From the NCBI RefSeq assembly GCF_963921235.1, contig NC_086097.1:93002001-93066000 (forward strand): a stretch of 64,000 bases of DNA, in the 5' to 3' direction. The position numbers and the translations under genes are program-made. The stretch comes from Mobula hypostoma. Taxonomy: Eukaryota. The notes under the pieces are model-generated. The model saw nothing but the letters and a program-made list of their open reading frames with translations, was not told the DNA's origin and did no database searches. Positions 23,615 through 35,729 of this stretch are shown piece after piece (the stretch's first letter is position 1; the number at the start of each line of letters is the position of its first letter).

Positions 23615-24670
23615 AGCAGAATCAGATTTAATATTGCTTGCATATGTCATGAAATTTGTTAACTTTCTAGCAGCAGTACAATGAAATAATGATAAATATA
23701 GAGAAAAATATTGTTACATTAAAAAAAAGTCTATTAAATAGTTAAAATGAGTCATGCAAAAGAAAAACCCAGAAATAAATGATGGGTCCAATGCCATTTA
23801 AAAATCAGATGATAGAGGGGAAGAAGCTGTTCCTAAATCAGTGAGTTTGTGCCTTCAGGTTTCTGTACCTCCTTTCCAATGGTACCAGTGTGAAGAGGGC
23901 ATGTCCTGGGTGGTGGAGATTCTTAATGATGGACACCACCTTCCTAAGTCACTGCTCCTTGGAAATGTCTTGGATACTGCGAGGCTAGTACGCATGACGG
24001 ATCTGACTAATTTTACAAGTTTTTGCAACTTATTTTGATCTTGTGCATCAGCCCTCCCTACATCAAACAGTGAGGCAGCCAGTTGGAATACTCTCCATGG
24101 TACATTTGTAGAGGTTTTTGAGTGTTTTAATTGACAAACCAAATCTCAAACTCCTAATGAAATATAGCCGCTGTCTTGCCTTTATAGCTGCATCAATATG
24201 TTCCGTCCAGATTAAGTCCTCAGAGATACTGATACCCAGGAACTTGAAATTGCTCACTCTCTCCACTTCTGATCCCTCTATGAGGATTAGTTTGTGCTCC
24301 CTCATCATACCCTTCCTGAATTCCACAATCAGTTCTTTGGTTTTGAGTGCAATGTTGTTGCTGTGACACCACTCAACTAATTGGTGTATCTTGCTCCTGT
24401 GCACCCTTCCGTTACCATCTGAGTTTCTGCCAACAGTAGTTGTATCATCAGCAAATTTATAGATCTCATTTGAGCTATGCCTAGCCACACAGTCATGGGT
24501 GTAGAGAGAGTGGAGCAGTGAGCTAAGAACAAAACCCTGTGATGCACTGCTGTTGATTGTCAGCAAGGTGAAGATGTTATTTCTGATCCGCACAGATTAT
24601 GGTCTTCCGGTTATGAAGTCGAGGATCCAGTTGCAGAAGCAGGTACAGAGGCCTAGGTTCTGTGGCTTTT
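23615..24670 (-). mobile_element. Rex1/Babar-like LINE RT fragment
   Basis: ORF 24063-24593: QGFVLSSLLHSLYTHDC..YKFADDTT..KTKELIVEFRK..FKFLG. CAGAATCAGATTTAAT tail. Confidence 0.9.
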
Positions 24671-25394
24671 CGATCAGGAATACTCTGCATATGCTTTGAT
24701 GTGTATCACTCCGTCAGTTCTAAAGAAGTTCATTGCCAACCAGGACAAAGCCTGCTTGATATCCTAAACAGTCATTCCATCCTCCAGTTGTGCACAGTGG
24801 CTGCTGTATTTGCCATTTTAGTTGCTTGCTCAGGATATTCCAACAACCTGCAACCTCTACTTTCAAGATTGACAAGCACAGTGGGTGTATGGGAACACTA
24901 CCTCCTGCAGGTTTCCATCCAAGTCGCACATCAAACTGACTTGGAACTACGTTGCTGGCGCTTCAGTATGGACTCCAAATCCTTAAACTCCCTCTGCAAT
25001 GGTACTGTAGGAGCATATTGACAAAAAGAACTGCGGATGCTCAAGGTGACAGCTCACTGCCATCTTCTCAATGGCACTTAAAGACAGTAGTTAAATGTTA
25101 ATCTTGCCAGTGGTATGTTGAACTCAGGAAAAATAAATGGATTAAAAGAACTTGCTTTCTGTTAACCGATGTAAAATTCCCCAGATGCTTTAAGTGGGGT
25201 AAATGTATGTCTCTGCATCATAAATGCAACAGCAATATATGAGAGGTGTGAAAAATCAAAATAAAATGGAAAGTACTGAAAATATTCAGCAGGTTACTCA
25301 GTATCTGTGGAGAAAGAAAGGAGTTTTGCATCTATTATCTTAATAGCCTACAGACAACATTAAAATTATCTGAATGTTATTGCAGTTTGAAAGA

Positions 25395-25607
25395 GACACA
25401 AGAGGTTGCAGATGCTTGAATCTGGAGCAACAAACAAGTTACTGGAGGAGCTCAGTGGGTTCAACAACATCTGTGGGAGAAAAGGAATTGTTAAAAGTTT
25501 TAGGTCAAAACTCTGCATAGTTTATCCGAAGCGTTGATAATTCTTTTCCACCCACAGTTACTATTCAACCTGCTGAGTTCCTCCAGCAGTTTATTTGTTG
25601 CTGCAGT
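25395..25607. mobile_element. Palindromic Penelope-derived terminal element
   Basis: GCAACAAAC..CTGGAGGAGCTCAG..TGTGGG pairs with CCCACAG..CTGAGTTCCTCCAG..TTTGTTGC. The arms match the Penelope termini at ~40605 and ~60735. Confidence 0.7.
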
Positions 25608-27842
25608 TTGTGGGAGCTTGCTTTCGGAAAGTTTTTGTTTCAAAACCACAATTTGATATTAAGCACTTTGGCTAACTTGAGGTCAGGAATCCCTGAACAA
25701 GTTTATCTTGTGTTTACTCTCACACAGGCACTGTCTCTTAGCTATTCTCCTTTTATTGCTCTTCATTCCTTCTATATTGGTAACTTTCATTCATTCTTGT
25801 TCTTTCTCATTATTTTCATGATTTGAGTATGAGTTTTGAGATTTTCTTTCTCATCAGTTTCCATATAGTCAGTAAAAGAGAGATGACAAGAGATTGTATG
25901 GAGGGCTAGTCATCACCATCCAAGTTCTATACCAGGTGTGAGTTAATTTGAGTATACTGAAATACTTGGATAGTGCATGAAAATGTTAGTTCTTAGATAG
26001 GTAATGAGAAGGTATTTGGGAGCACAGATTCCAAGTGTTGTTGATTTATCATCGAGACATTAATATCAGCTACAAAGTTAACAAACTGTACCGAATCTCA
26101 CTTTCTAAACATGTCTGCTTTATAAGTTGTGTGACTTGCCTGAATCCTTACTGGTTGGGTATTTCCTAGTTTCTGTGTGGTCCACATGACCTGATGTAAG
26201 GTGGTCTGTTCCTAGAGGATGTGGGCTAGGTAAGTTAAAGCCACATTAGATGGGAGACTCCCTGGAGATGAGGTCATGTGATGTGGGGTGAGCTCATGCA
26301 AATACAGGCCAACTCTGAATGGGGAGTTTGTGTGAGATCCAGCCTTTTTTCACGACCTTTCTCGCGTCTGTTCAGAGAGACCACTCTTTCTAAGTGGACC
26401 ATGACGTGCATATCCCTGCTTGTGAGACTTCCTGGGTTTTGTATAGTGCGACAAAGATGATCTGAATATTGAAGTAAACTTTTTTGGTGCATCCGTTTTA
26501 TTTAATTCTTGAGTCTTCTTGACCTGATCTTAAAGTGTGGTTATACAGATTGTCAATTTGAAGTGACACTGGAGACCATAATAATCCTTGGCTGGAATAA
26601 TGCTACTAGCTATTTAAAGTGAATTATTTTACAAAGGTAATTAATACACATTTTCCAAAGCATTTCTGTGTCACTGTATTAAATGATGAGGTCAAGAAGA
26701 TGAGGGAGCATAGAGGAAGAGAGAAATGGCCTGGTTTCTATGTGATTTGGCTTCAGTGCAGTTTCATCGTCATCTGTCACATAATTACTCAAACTGTGCT
26801 CATTTTCTACTCAGCATTCCTGAAATGGACTTTAATTAAAGCATAATAATTATGAACCAAACATTTATTCTGTTTGTCAAGCTGACTGGCTAACAAGTTC
26901 ACTAATGGTGAATGGCAATTTATTGTCATCACATTGCTACTCAGTTTATCATTATCGGGGAATGCTTTTTGTTAGTCGAATAAATAGGAATCTGAATGGA
27001 ATGTAGTTGAAGCTGTAAGTCTGTTTGTTGACGTATTATAGAATGCTTCTCTAGCATGTGAGATAGTTCCATAGAAAATTATACTTTTTCCCAGGGAGGG
27101 AATTATTTAGTGCCTTTCACAAACTCAGGACATTCCAACCCACTGCAAGTGGGTCAGTTCTTTTCATAGTGTAGAAAATTACAATAAGTTTGCACACAGC
27201 AGTGGTATGTTGGTTGAGGAATAAATATTGGCCAATGTACAGGAGGGTATCTTTTTTTCCAGCTCAGAATAGAATGTAGACCATTTGGCCTCTTGTGATA
27301 GGGAAAAAGAGACCCAAGACTTTGTTGCTTGAATTATTCTATATCAAATTTTATAAAATTGTTGCTATAAAATACTTGCTGAGTGTTGTGCTGAAGGGTA
27401 AGCTTGAATGATCTATTCAAATCTTAGGCCCCTAGGGCCAGGCATACAATTAAGGGGAATGTTACCTGAGGCAAAACAGAACCCCTAATGAGTAGATTCT
27501 CAGTTTCCTTGAATATACATCATAGTCAGTTAATACATTAGCAAAAACATAATTTCTTCTTGAACCACAGTCCAGAGGACCTGTGTTGTTGTATTCTGGC
27601 TTCATTCGCAGTTTTGCCTTAGGAGCAAAGCAAAGTGAGGGGAATTAATTACTTTGGGTTTTGACCTTGAGGCTAATTCGTTCAACTTGCATGAAATTGC
27701 TGTTGGAACTTCACAAGAAGTGCTTGAGAAATGAAATGAAAGGGGTGGACCAAGTTAGGAGTTAAATGTCTCAATGGCACTCAATTTTGTGAGAAATATC
27801 TAAGGGAGGGGGGAATTCCCTTGTTAGTTAAAAGGAACTATA

Positions 27843-29439
27843 CAGTGGCATGCAAAAGTTTGGGCACCCCTGGTCAAAATTTGTTACTTTGAATAGCTAA
27901 GCGAGTAAAAGATGACCTGATTTCCAAAAGGCATAAAGTTAAAGATGACACATTTCTTCAATATTTTAAGCAAGATTACTTTATTATTTCCATCTTTCAC
28001 AGTTTCAAAATAACAAAAAAGGAAAAGGGCCTGAAGCAAAAGTTTGGGCAACCTGCATGGTCAGTACTTAGTAACACCCCCTTTGGCAAGTATCATAGCT
28101 TGTAAATGCTTTCTGTAGCCAGCTAAGAGTCTTTCAATTCTTGTTTGGGGGATTTTTGCCCATTCTTCCTTGCAAAAGTCTTCTAGTTCTGTGAGATTTT
28201 TGGGCCATCTTGCATGCACTGCTCTTTTGAGGTCTATCCACAGATTTTCAATGATGTTTAGGTCGGGGGATTGTGAGGGCTATGGCAAAACCTTCAGCTT
28301 GTGCCTCTTGAGGTAGTCCATTGTGGATTTTGAGGGGTGTTTAGGATCATTATCCTGTTGTAGAAGCCACCCTCTTTTCATCTTCAGCTTTTTTACAGAC
28401 GGTGTGATGTTTGCTTCCAGAATTTGCTGGTATTTAATTGAATTCATTCTTCCCTCTACCAGTGAAATGTTCCCCGTGCCACTGGCTGCAACACAAGCCC
28501 AAAGCATGATTGATCCACCCCCATACTTAACAGTTGGAGAGGTGTTCTTTTCATGAAATTCTGCACCCTTTTTTCTCCAAACATACCTTTGCTCATTGTG
28601 GCCAAAAAGTTCTATTTTAACTTCATCAGTCCACAGGACTTGTCTCCAAAATGCATCAGGCTTGTTTAGATGTTCCTTTGCAAGCTTCTGATGCTGAATT
28701 TTGTGGTGAGGACACAGGAAAGGTTTTCTTCTGATGACTCTTCCACGAAGGTCATATTTGTGCAGGTGTCGCTGCACAGTAGAACAGTGCACCACCACTC
28801 CAGAGTCTGCTAATCTTCCTGAAGGTCTTTTGCAGTCAAACAGGGGTCTTGATTTGCCTTTCTAGCAATCATGCGAGCAGTTCTCTCGGAAAGGAGTTTT
28901 CTTGGTCTTCCAGACCTTAACTTGACCTCCACCATTTCTGTTAACTGCCATTTCTTAATTACATTACGAACTAAGGAAACAGCTACCTGAAAACGCTTTG
29001 CTATCTTCTCATAGCCTTCTGCTTTGTGGGCATCATTTATTTTAATTTTCAGAGTGCTAGGCAGCTGCTGATGGTTGGGACAAGGTTTGAGGAGTCAGGG
29101 TATTTATAAAGCTTTGAAATTTGCATCACCTGGCCTCTCCTAACGATGACTGTGAGCAAGTCATAGCCCTAACAAGCTAATTAAGGTCTGAAACCTTGGT
29201 AAAAGTTATCTGAGAGCTCAAATCTCTTGGGGTGCCCAAACTTTTGCATAGTGCTCCTTTTTTTTTCCACTCTAAAATTGTACAAAATGAACATAATACA
29301 CTAATCTTGCTTAAAATTTTGAAAATAATGTTTAATCTTTAACTTTATGACTCCTGGAGATCAGTTCATCTTCTACTCACTTAACTATTCACAGTAACAG
29401 AAATTTTGACCGCGGTGCCCAAACATTTGCATGCCACTG
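27843..29439 (-). mobile_element. Full-length Tc1 (DD34E, IR/DR type) transposon, inactivated
   Basis: TA TSD and ~200-bp TIRs beginning CAGTGGCATGCAAA, with inner direct repeats (GCAAAAGTTTGGGCA at ~28036 and its complement at ~29233). Carries a transposase remnant. Confidence 0.95.
28061..29070 (-). pseudogene. Tc1 transposase pseudogene
   Basis: TDEVKIELFG, then QQDNDPKH...KVLP*PSQSPDLNIIE (34 residues between D and E), ending GGVTKY* at 28061. Defects: a W-to-stop at 28280, frameshifts in the N-terminal HTH region and no visible start codon. Confidence 0.9.
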
Positions 29440-30959
29440 TAGTTGAAAGTACAGCAGAAACTAGATTTAAGTAGCGGGACAGATTAATGACTAAACATGT
29501 TTTAGTAATGAGATGTATACATAACTGATGGTTCGTGAGTAACTCTCTATGTTTTGCATTTGGATCACAGTGTGAGGATCCAAAATAGACAAAATGCACA
29601 AGTATATGAAAAATTATATAGCTGTGTTGTAGGATGCCATGGACCTTAGATTTTCAAAATAATGTTTCCTGGCAATCAATGTGTTTTCTGCAGTCTGGTG
29701 AAAAAGAGACAAAATGGGCAGGTTAAATGAATAATACTCAGTACCAGAAAGTGATTGGACTTTTTGAGGATTCAGGAAGGTTTTATCTGACAGCAAAGCT
29801 GATGTTACAGTTCTGTAATTTAAAATAAAATATTGATAAGGCATTTGTTGATCAATTAATTTAGTAATGCTAGTGGTTCCCTGGAATTGGGGCTGGAAGC
29901 ACTAATACAGAAGTGTTTAAAAACTGCTTAGGAATAATCAGTGCAGTGCAAGGTTAATTTTTATAAAAGGTTTTTATGGTGACCTGCTTAGTGTGGCTTT
30001 GACCATTGTTAGTCATGTCATTAACATCCTGACAGCTTTTGAAATTAGGATTAAATTTTCTGGATTACTCAATTTTAATCAGGTGTGTCATGGGTTGTGG
30101 GTGGAGAGATGTGGAAAAAATTGCCTTGTTCGTCCTCGTACCCAAATGTTTAATATCCCACGAAGTATTTTTGAAATGTAGTCACTATAGTATTAAATGA
30201 AATGCTCATCATCCTTTAATGCCTCCTTGAGGGGGCAGAGGGGCCAATCATCTTGACAGAAAGTGCAGTAGTGTAACTTGCTGCATCTATCTAAATGACA
30301 TGTTAGATTACGCTAAACCTTTTGTAGAGCACTGTAGCACAGATGCAGGCTCTTAGGCAGATCTAATCCACACCAAAATAATATTCTATCTACCCTGCAC
30401 CCGGACCATAGCCTTCCATACCCCTCCTATCATGTACCTATCCACATTTCTCTTAAATGTAATCGAACCTGCGTTCACCACCACTGGTAGCTCATTCCAC
30501 ACACTGACTGAAGAAGTTCCTCCTCATGTTCAGCTTAAACATTTCACCTTTCACCCTTAGCTCATGACCTCTAGTTCTAGTCTCATCCAGCCTCAAAGGG
30601 AAAAAGCCTGCTTATACTTACCTGATCTAAACCCCATATGATTCTTGTCTGCCACTATCAAATCTCCCCTCATTCTTCTGTGCTTCAGGAAAAAAAAAGT
30701 CCTAACCTATTAAGCCTTTCCCTGTGACTCAGTGCCTTAAGTCCCAGCAACATCCTTGAAAATTTTCTCTGTACTCTTTCAGTCTTACTGACATTCTTCC
30801 TGTAGATTGATGACCAGAACTGGACATAATAGTCCAAATTAAGCCTCACTAATGTCTTAAAACTTCAATATTTCAACTCCTGTACTCAGTACTTTGATTT
30901 GTTAATGCCAGTGTGTGAAAGCTCTCTTTACCGCCCTATCTACCTGTGACACCACTTTC

Positions 30960-31830
30960 TTTTTTTTTAATTTTATTTTTATTTGGATAAGGAGTTCACA
31001 ATTATGTACTTTTTTCACACATATAACCTTTTCCATTTTTTATATGTATAAAACTACAATTATTTATACATTTTTAAGTACACATTGAGATGATATAAAA
31101 GCAAAATAAACATTTAAATAGATAATTATGTACTGTGGTAAATCTAACCTATTAGGCTAAGTAATGAAATTAGTTGTTAAGAAAAATGGTAATAATAGTT
31201 TCCATACAACCCTTCTGGACCATTTCCACTGGTCCAAAATGTTGCATACAAGCCTATATACCAACCATTGTAGGTGTTTATATCCCAATTTGTTCGTGCT
31301 TGTTCCTGCCCGCAGACATAATTATCCAATCCCTATGTACTTATTTACTTAATTTTTTTCTTTTTTTTTATCCCTTTCCCAAATCTTTCCCTTTACTTGT
31401 GTTAATTCTCTATTTTCCAAAAAAAAACAACAAACATTTAGACTAGGGGTGCTTACGTTAGCAATATTACTGTGTTGATGAGAAGAGCAATATAAATCAT
31501 TAGGAGAGTCATCTAAAGTCTGCTCGCATTGGGGTTATATATTCAATCCATTTATTCCAGATTTGATAAAATGTTTCTTTTTGAGTTCTCAGGGACTAGG
31601 TCAACTTTTCCATTTTAAATATTTCCAAGATAATTTCGTACCAATCTTCTAATGTAGGTGGTATTGGATTTAGCCATTTTCTAGTGATTGATTTCTTACT
31701 TGCCGCTAAGAGGGCCTGCAGCAACTTTATATCTTCCTTCTGTTCAAGGAACAATACATGCCCCAAATAGAGCGTCTCAAAGTTCAGAGGTATCTGGGAC
31801 CTAAGTACCTTAACTAATGTTCTATGAATA
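30960..31830 (-). mobile_element. 5'-truncated L1-clade LINE with 14-bp TSD
   Basis: GTGACACCACTTTC is duplicated at 30946-30959 and 31831-31844, with a poly-T at 30960. The minus strand encodes ..KKSITRKWLNPIPPTLEDW..MEKLT*SLR..IWNKWIEYITPMRADFR*, like fish L1 ORF2 C-termini. Confidence 0.9.
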
Positions 31831-31910
31831 GTGACACCACTTTCAAGGAACTATCGATTTGTATTCCCAGATCCCTCTGTTCTACCGCACTCCGCGGTGC
31901 CCTACCATTA

Positions 31911-33516
31911 CAGGTTTCCCCCGCCATCCGAAGGTAGAGCGTTCCTATGAAACGGTTCGTAAGCCGGAATGTCATAAAGTGAAGAAGCAATTACCATTTA
32001 TTTATATGGGAAAAATTTGTGAGTGTTCGCAGACGCAAAAATAACCTACCAAATCATGCCAAATAACACACAAAACCTAAAATAACAGTAACATATCGTA
32101 AAAGCAGGAATATGATAAATACACAGCCTATATAAAGTAGAAATATTTCCGTACAATCATTGCCGCACTGTTCTCCGTAGCGAAAATCTCATACAAGCGC
32201 TCTTGGCAGAAACACTCTCTCCAGTAACCTTTAAGCTATGAAGCTGCCAAATCATACCAAATAATGCATAAAAATACACAGCCTATATAAAGTAGAAATA
32301 ATGTATGTACAGTGTAGTATCACTTACCGGAATTAGGAAGACAGCACCAAGCACACTGATGGTGTGTTAGGCTGAGTCGTCAGAGGTTGGGGTGGTGCAG
32401 TGGTCCCCAGCCTCTGGGCAGCGAACTGATACCTATCCACGAAGCATGCAGGGGTACAGTGGTAGCCGGGACGCACCCAGCACATCTTTAAGAAAAAAGC
32501 TGAAATAAACAAGCTAATTGATTGGGTGCTGCCGGGCACATAAATGTTGACCCAGATCAGAGGCGATGCAATTGGCAATCGCCCCTGATCTGGGCTAACA
32601 TTTACGTGCCGGGTGGCACCTAATTAATTAGCTTGTTTATTTCGGCTTTTTTCTTAGAAATGTGTTGGGTGCGTCCGGGCTACCACTGCATTCTCCGTGG
32701 CAATGTATCAGTCCGCGGCCCGGGGTTGGGGTGGTGGGACACTAGGGTGTCATCTCATCGTGGATCATGTGAGGCAGGTCGTCATCTGTGTCTGCCTGCC
32801 TCGATGTTGAAGGTCGAGGTTCGTCGTCTGCTGTGGCTGATTGGAAGGCTTGCTTGACTGCTTAGCCTCGCGCATTTTTCTATCATACAGTTCTTTGTAA
32901 GCACTCAAACCATCCTGCAAATATGCCCTAAACCGATGTACCCTTTCAAAATTAAAGTCGTACTTTATCATTGCAGCGAAAATCTCTCGCAGTTGCTTCA
33001 CGTTCAGTTCCTGGATGACTTCACTTTTGGTCCGTTCGCTACTGCATTCGGTTTCAATTGTTATCCTTTTCTCTTCCAATTGCATCAGCTCTTCATCTAT
33101 CAGTTCTTGGTCATGGGATGCCAAAACCTCTTCAACATCATCTTCGTCAGCTTTCACAAGCGAAACTCACTTTGTCCTTACTTTGTTCACCACGATCGAA
33201 AATCTTAATTATGTCTAGTTTTACGCTAAGTGTAACACCTTTACGAGCTCTTTTAGGCTTTTCCGACACCTTAGAACTCATCTTGCTAACGGCTGCTCAA
33301 AATAAATCGACATAAAGCACAGATGCTCACAGGCATGTGTTTAAGCAATGCCGGCTAGAATGCAGTTCCGGGGGAGGAGTGGCTGTCTTTTTCCGCACGC
33401 TGCCTTTTTTTGTAACAGGGAAAACACCTTCTATTAGCGAAAACAGGTATCTAATGTAGGTCTTTCGTAACAGTGAGGTTTCGTAAAGTGAACGTTCGAA
33501 AAGTGGGGGACACCTG
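31911..33516 (-). mobile_element. Tigger/pogo-like non-autonomous deletion derivative
   Basis: TA on both sides and imperfect TIRs CAGGT(T/G)TCCCCC(G/A)C. The N-terminus MSSKVSEKPKRARKGVTLSVKLDIIKIFDRGE (ATG at 33281) abuts the acidic C-terminus DEDDVEEVLASHDQEL..YKELYDRK. The DDE core is missing. Confidence 0.85.
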
Positions 33517-34339
33517 TAACTGTGTAAGTACTACCCTGGTTTGTCCTCCAAAGTGAAACACTTCACACTTGTCTGCATTAAGTTCCTTCAGCTATTTTTC
33601 AACCCATTTTCTCAGCTGGTCCAGAGCCCAGTTCAAACTTTGACAGCCGCCTTTGCTGTCCACTACATCATTCCTTCATCATGGTGTCATCTACAAATTT
33701 GCTGATGCAACTTACCACAGTACATCCAGATCGTTCCATTCAGAGAGGCTTCTACCACTCTCTGGCTTCTCCCACAAAGGCAATGTCTAATCCAATTTAC
33801 TACCTCTTGCTGAATGCCAAGCTTCTAAACCTTTTTGACTAATCTCCCATGTGGGACCTTGGCAAAGGCCTTGTTAAAGTTCCATTGCCTTTCCTTCATC
33901 AACTTTCCTGATAACTTCCTCAAGAGCTGTAAGATTAGTTAGACATAAATACTCAACTTGATGTTTGACTGGGAATGATATTTATGAATCTTAGTAAGAC
34001 AAGGAAAGATATTAGTGCTGCTCAGATTGTGGTGTTTTAAGACAAGAAAATATGTAGAATATTATAAGACAGAAACATGCCACTGATAATCAAGTTCATA
34101 TCCCAAAACTCCAGGTTTTCCCCCAATAGTCTTTTATACTTGAAGTTGTTTAATTTTTTTTTAGTACACTTTGATTCAACAAATTTTCAGTACCATACTG
34201 CATTAAAGTTATTCTTATTGATGTGAACTATATTGCAGGGAGTGACCATTCCAGAATTATTTCACCAGCTGTAAGATATTTGGGGGCATCCTGAAGTTTT
34301 AAAAGGCTTCTCAATGCTTTAGTGTCTAGAATTTTTTGT

Positions 34340-34772
34340 CAGAATCAGAATCAATCAGATTTATTATCACCAGCATGTGATGTGAAATTTGTTAACTTAG
34401 CAGCAACAGTTCAATGCAATACATAATCCTAGCAGAGAAAATAAATAATAAATAAGTAAATCAATTATGCATATTGAATAGATTTTTTTTTAAATGTGCA
34501 AAAGCAGAAATGCTGTATATTTTTGTAAAAAAAAAGTGAGGTTGTGTCCAATGATTCAATGTCCATTTAGGAATCAGATGGCAGAGGGGAAGAAGCTGTT
34601 CCTGAATCGCTGAGTGTGTACCTTCAGGCTTCTGAACCTCCTACCTGATGGTAACAGTGAGAAATGGGCATGCCCTGGGTGCTGGAGGTCCTTAATGGAT
34701 GCTGCCTTTCTGAGGCACCGCTCCCTACAGATGTCCTGGGTACTTTGTTGGCTAGTACCTAAGATGGAGCTG
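34340..34772 (-). mobile_element. Rex1/Babar-like LINE 3' fragment
   Basis: (CAGAAT)n tail, TTTATT, and GGGAAGAAGCTGTTCCTGAATCGC. Same family as 23615-24670. Confidence 0.85.
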
Positions 34773-35079
34773 TTTGCTATGAACGCCCTTTAGTCACTTG
34801 CACAGCAATTCCTGAAGTTAAGTGCGTAGGACAGAGTTAAAGGTGCCTTGAAGTAGGGATGAACAGTGTGTCAAGTTGAAACCTTTATTGGTTACATCCT
34901 AAAATAGTTTATTAAACCGGAATACCAGGGTGCAAATGAATCCATTTCATGGTTCCTGTAACTTGAAATCTTTTGAAATTTCTCCATTTCTTGCATGTTT
35001 TTCGTCACTTCATTATCAGCAGGCCTCTGGCTGCATAGGCATTGAATTCTGAATTATCTTAAACCTCTGTGTGTATCTG

Positions 35080-35729
35080 TCTCTCTCTCCCCCCCCTCTC
35101 TCCCCTCTCTCTCCCCCCTCTCTCTCCCCCCCTCTCTCTCCCCCCTCTCTCTCCCCCCCTCTCCCCCCTCCTCCCCCCCCCCTCCTCTCCCCCCTCTCTC
35201 TCCCCCCTCTCTCTCCCCCTCTCCTCTCCCCCCTCTCTCCCCCTCTCTCTCCCCCCTCTCCCCCCCCCCTCTCCCCCTCTCTCCTCCCCCTCCCTCTCCT
35301 CCTCCCTCCCTCCCTCCCTCTCCCCCCCTCCCCTCCCCCTCCCTCCTCTCCTCTCCCCCCTCCCTCTCTCCCCCTCCCTCCCTCCCCCCCCCCCCCTCTC
35401 CCCCCTCCCCTCTCCTCCTCCCCCCCTCCCCCCCTCTCTCTCCCCCCTCCCCTCCTCCCTCCCTCCCCCTCTCTCCCCTCCCTCTCTCCCCCCTCTCTCC
35501 CCCCCTCCCTCTCTCTCCCCCCTCTCTCCCTCCCCCCTCCCTCCCTCCCTCCCCCCCCCCCTCTCCCTCCCCCCTCTCTCCCCCCTCCCTCCCTCCCCCC
35601 CTCTCTCCCCCCCTCCCCCTCTCCCCCCCCCTCCTCCCCCTCCCTCTCCTCTCTCCCCCCCCCCTCTCTCTCTCCCTCTCTCTCCCCCCCCCCCCCCCCC
35701 CCCCTCTCTCTCCCCCCCTCTCCCCCCCC
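35080..35729. repeat. ~650-bp pure C/T polypyrimidine tract
   Basis: Only C and T on the + strand, as irregular C-runs separated by single T. Confidence 0.95.

Larger units (their letters stand above)
30325..33945 (-). mobile_element. Old CR1 fragment split into three pieces (30325-30959, 31831-31910, 33517-33945) by two insertions
   Basis: CR1 antisense motifs (TCATGACCTCTAGTTCTAG, TGACCAGAACTG, GTGTCATCTACAAATTTGC = FVDDT, GGGACCTTGGCAAAGGCC) continue across both insertions. Confidence 0.8.
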
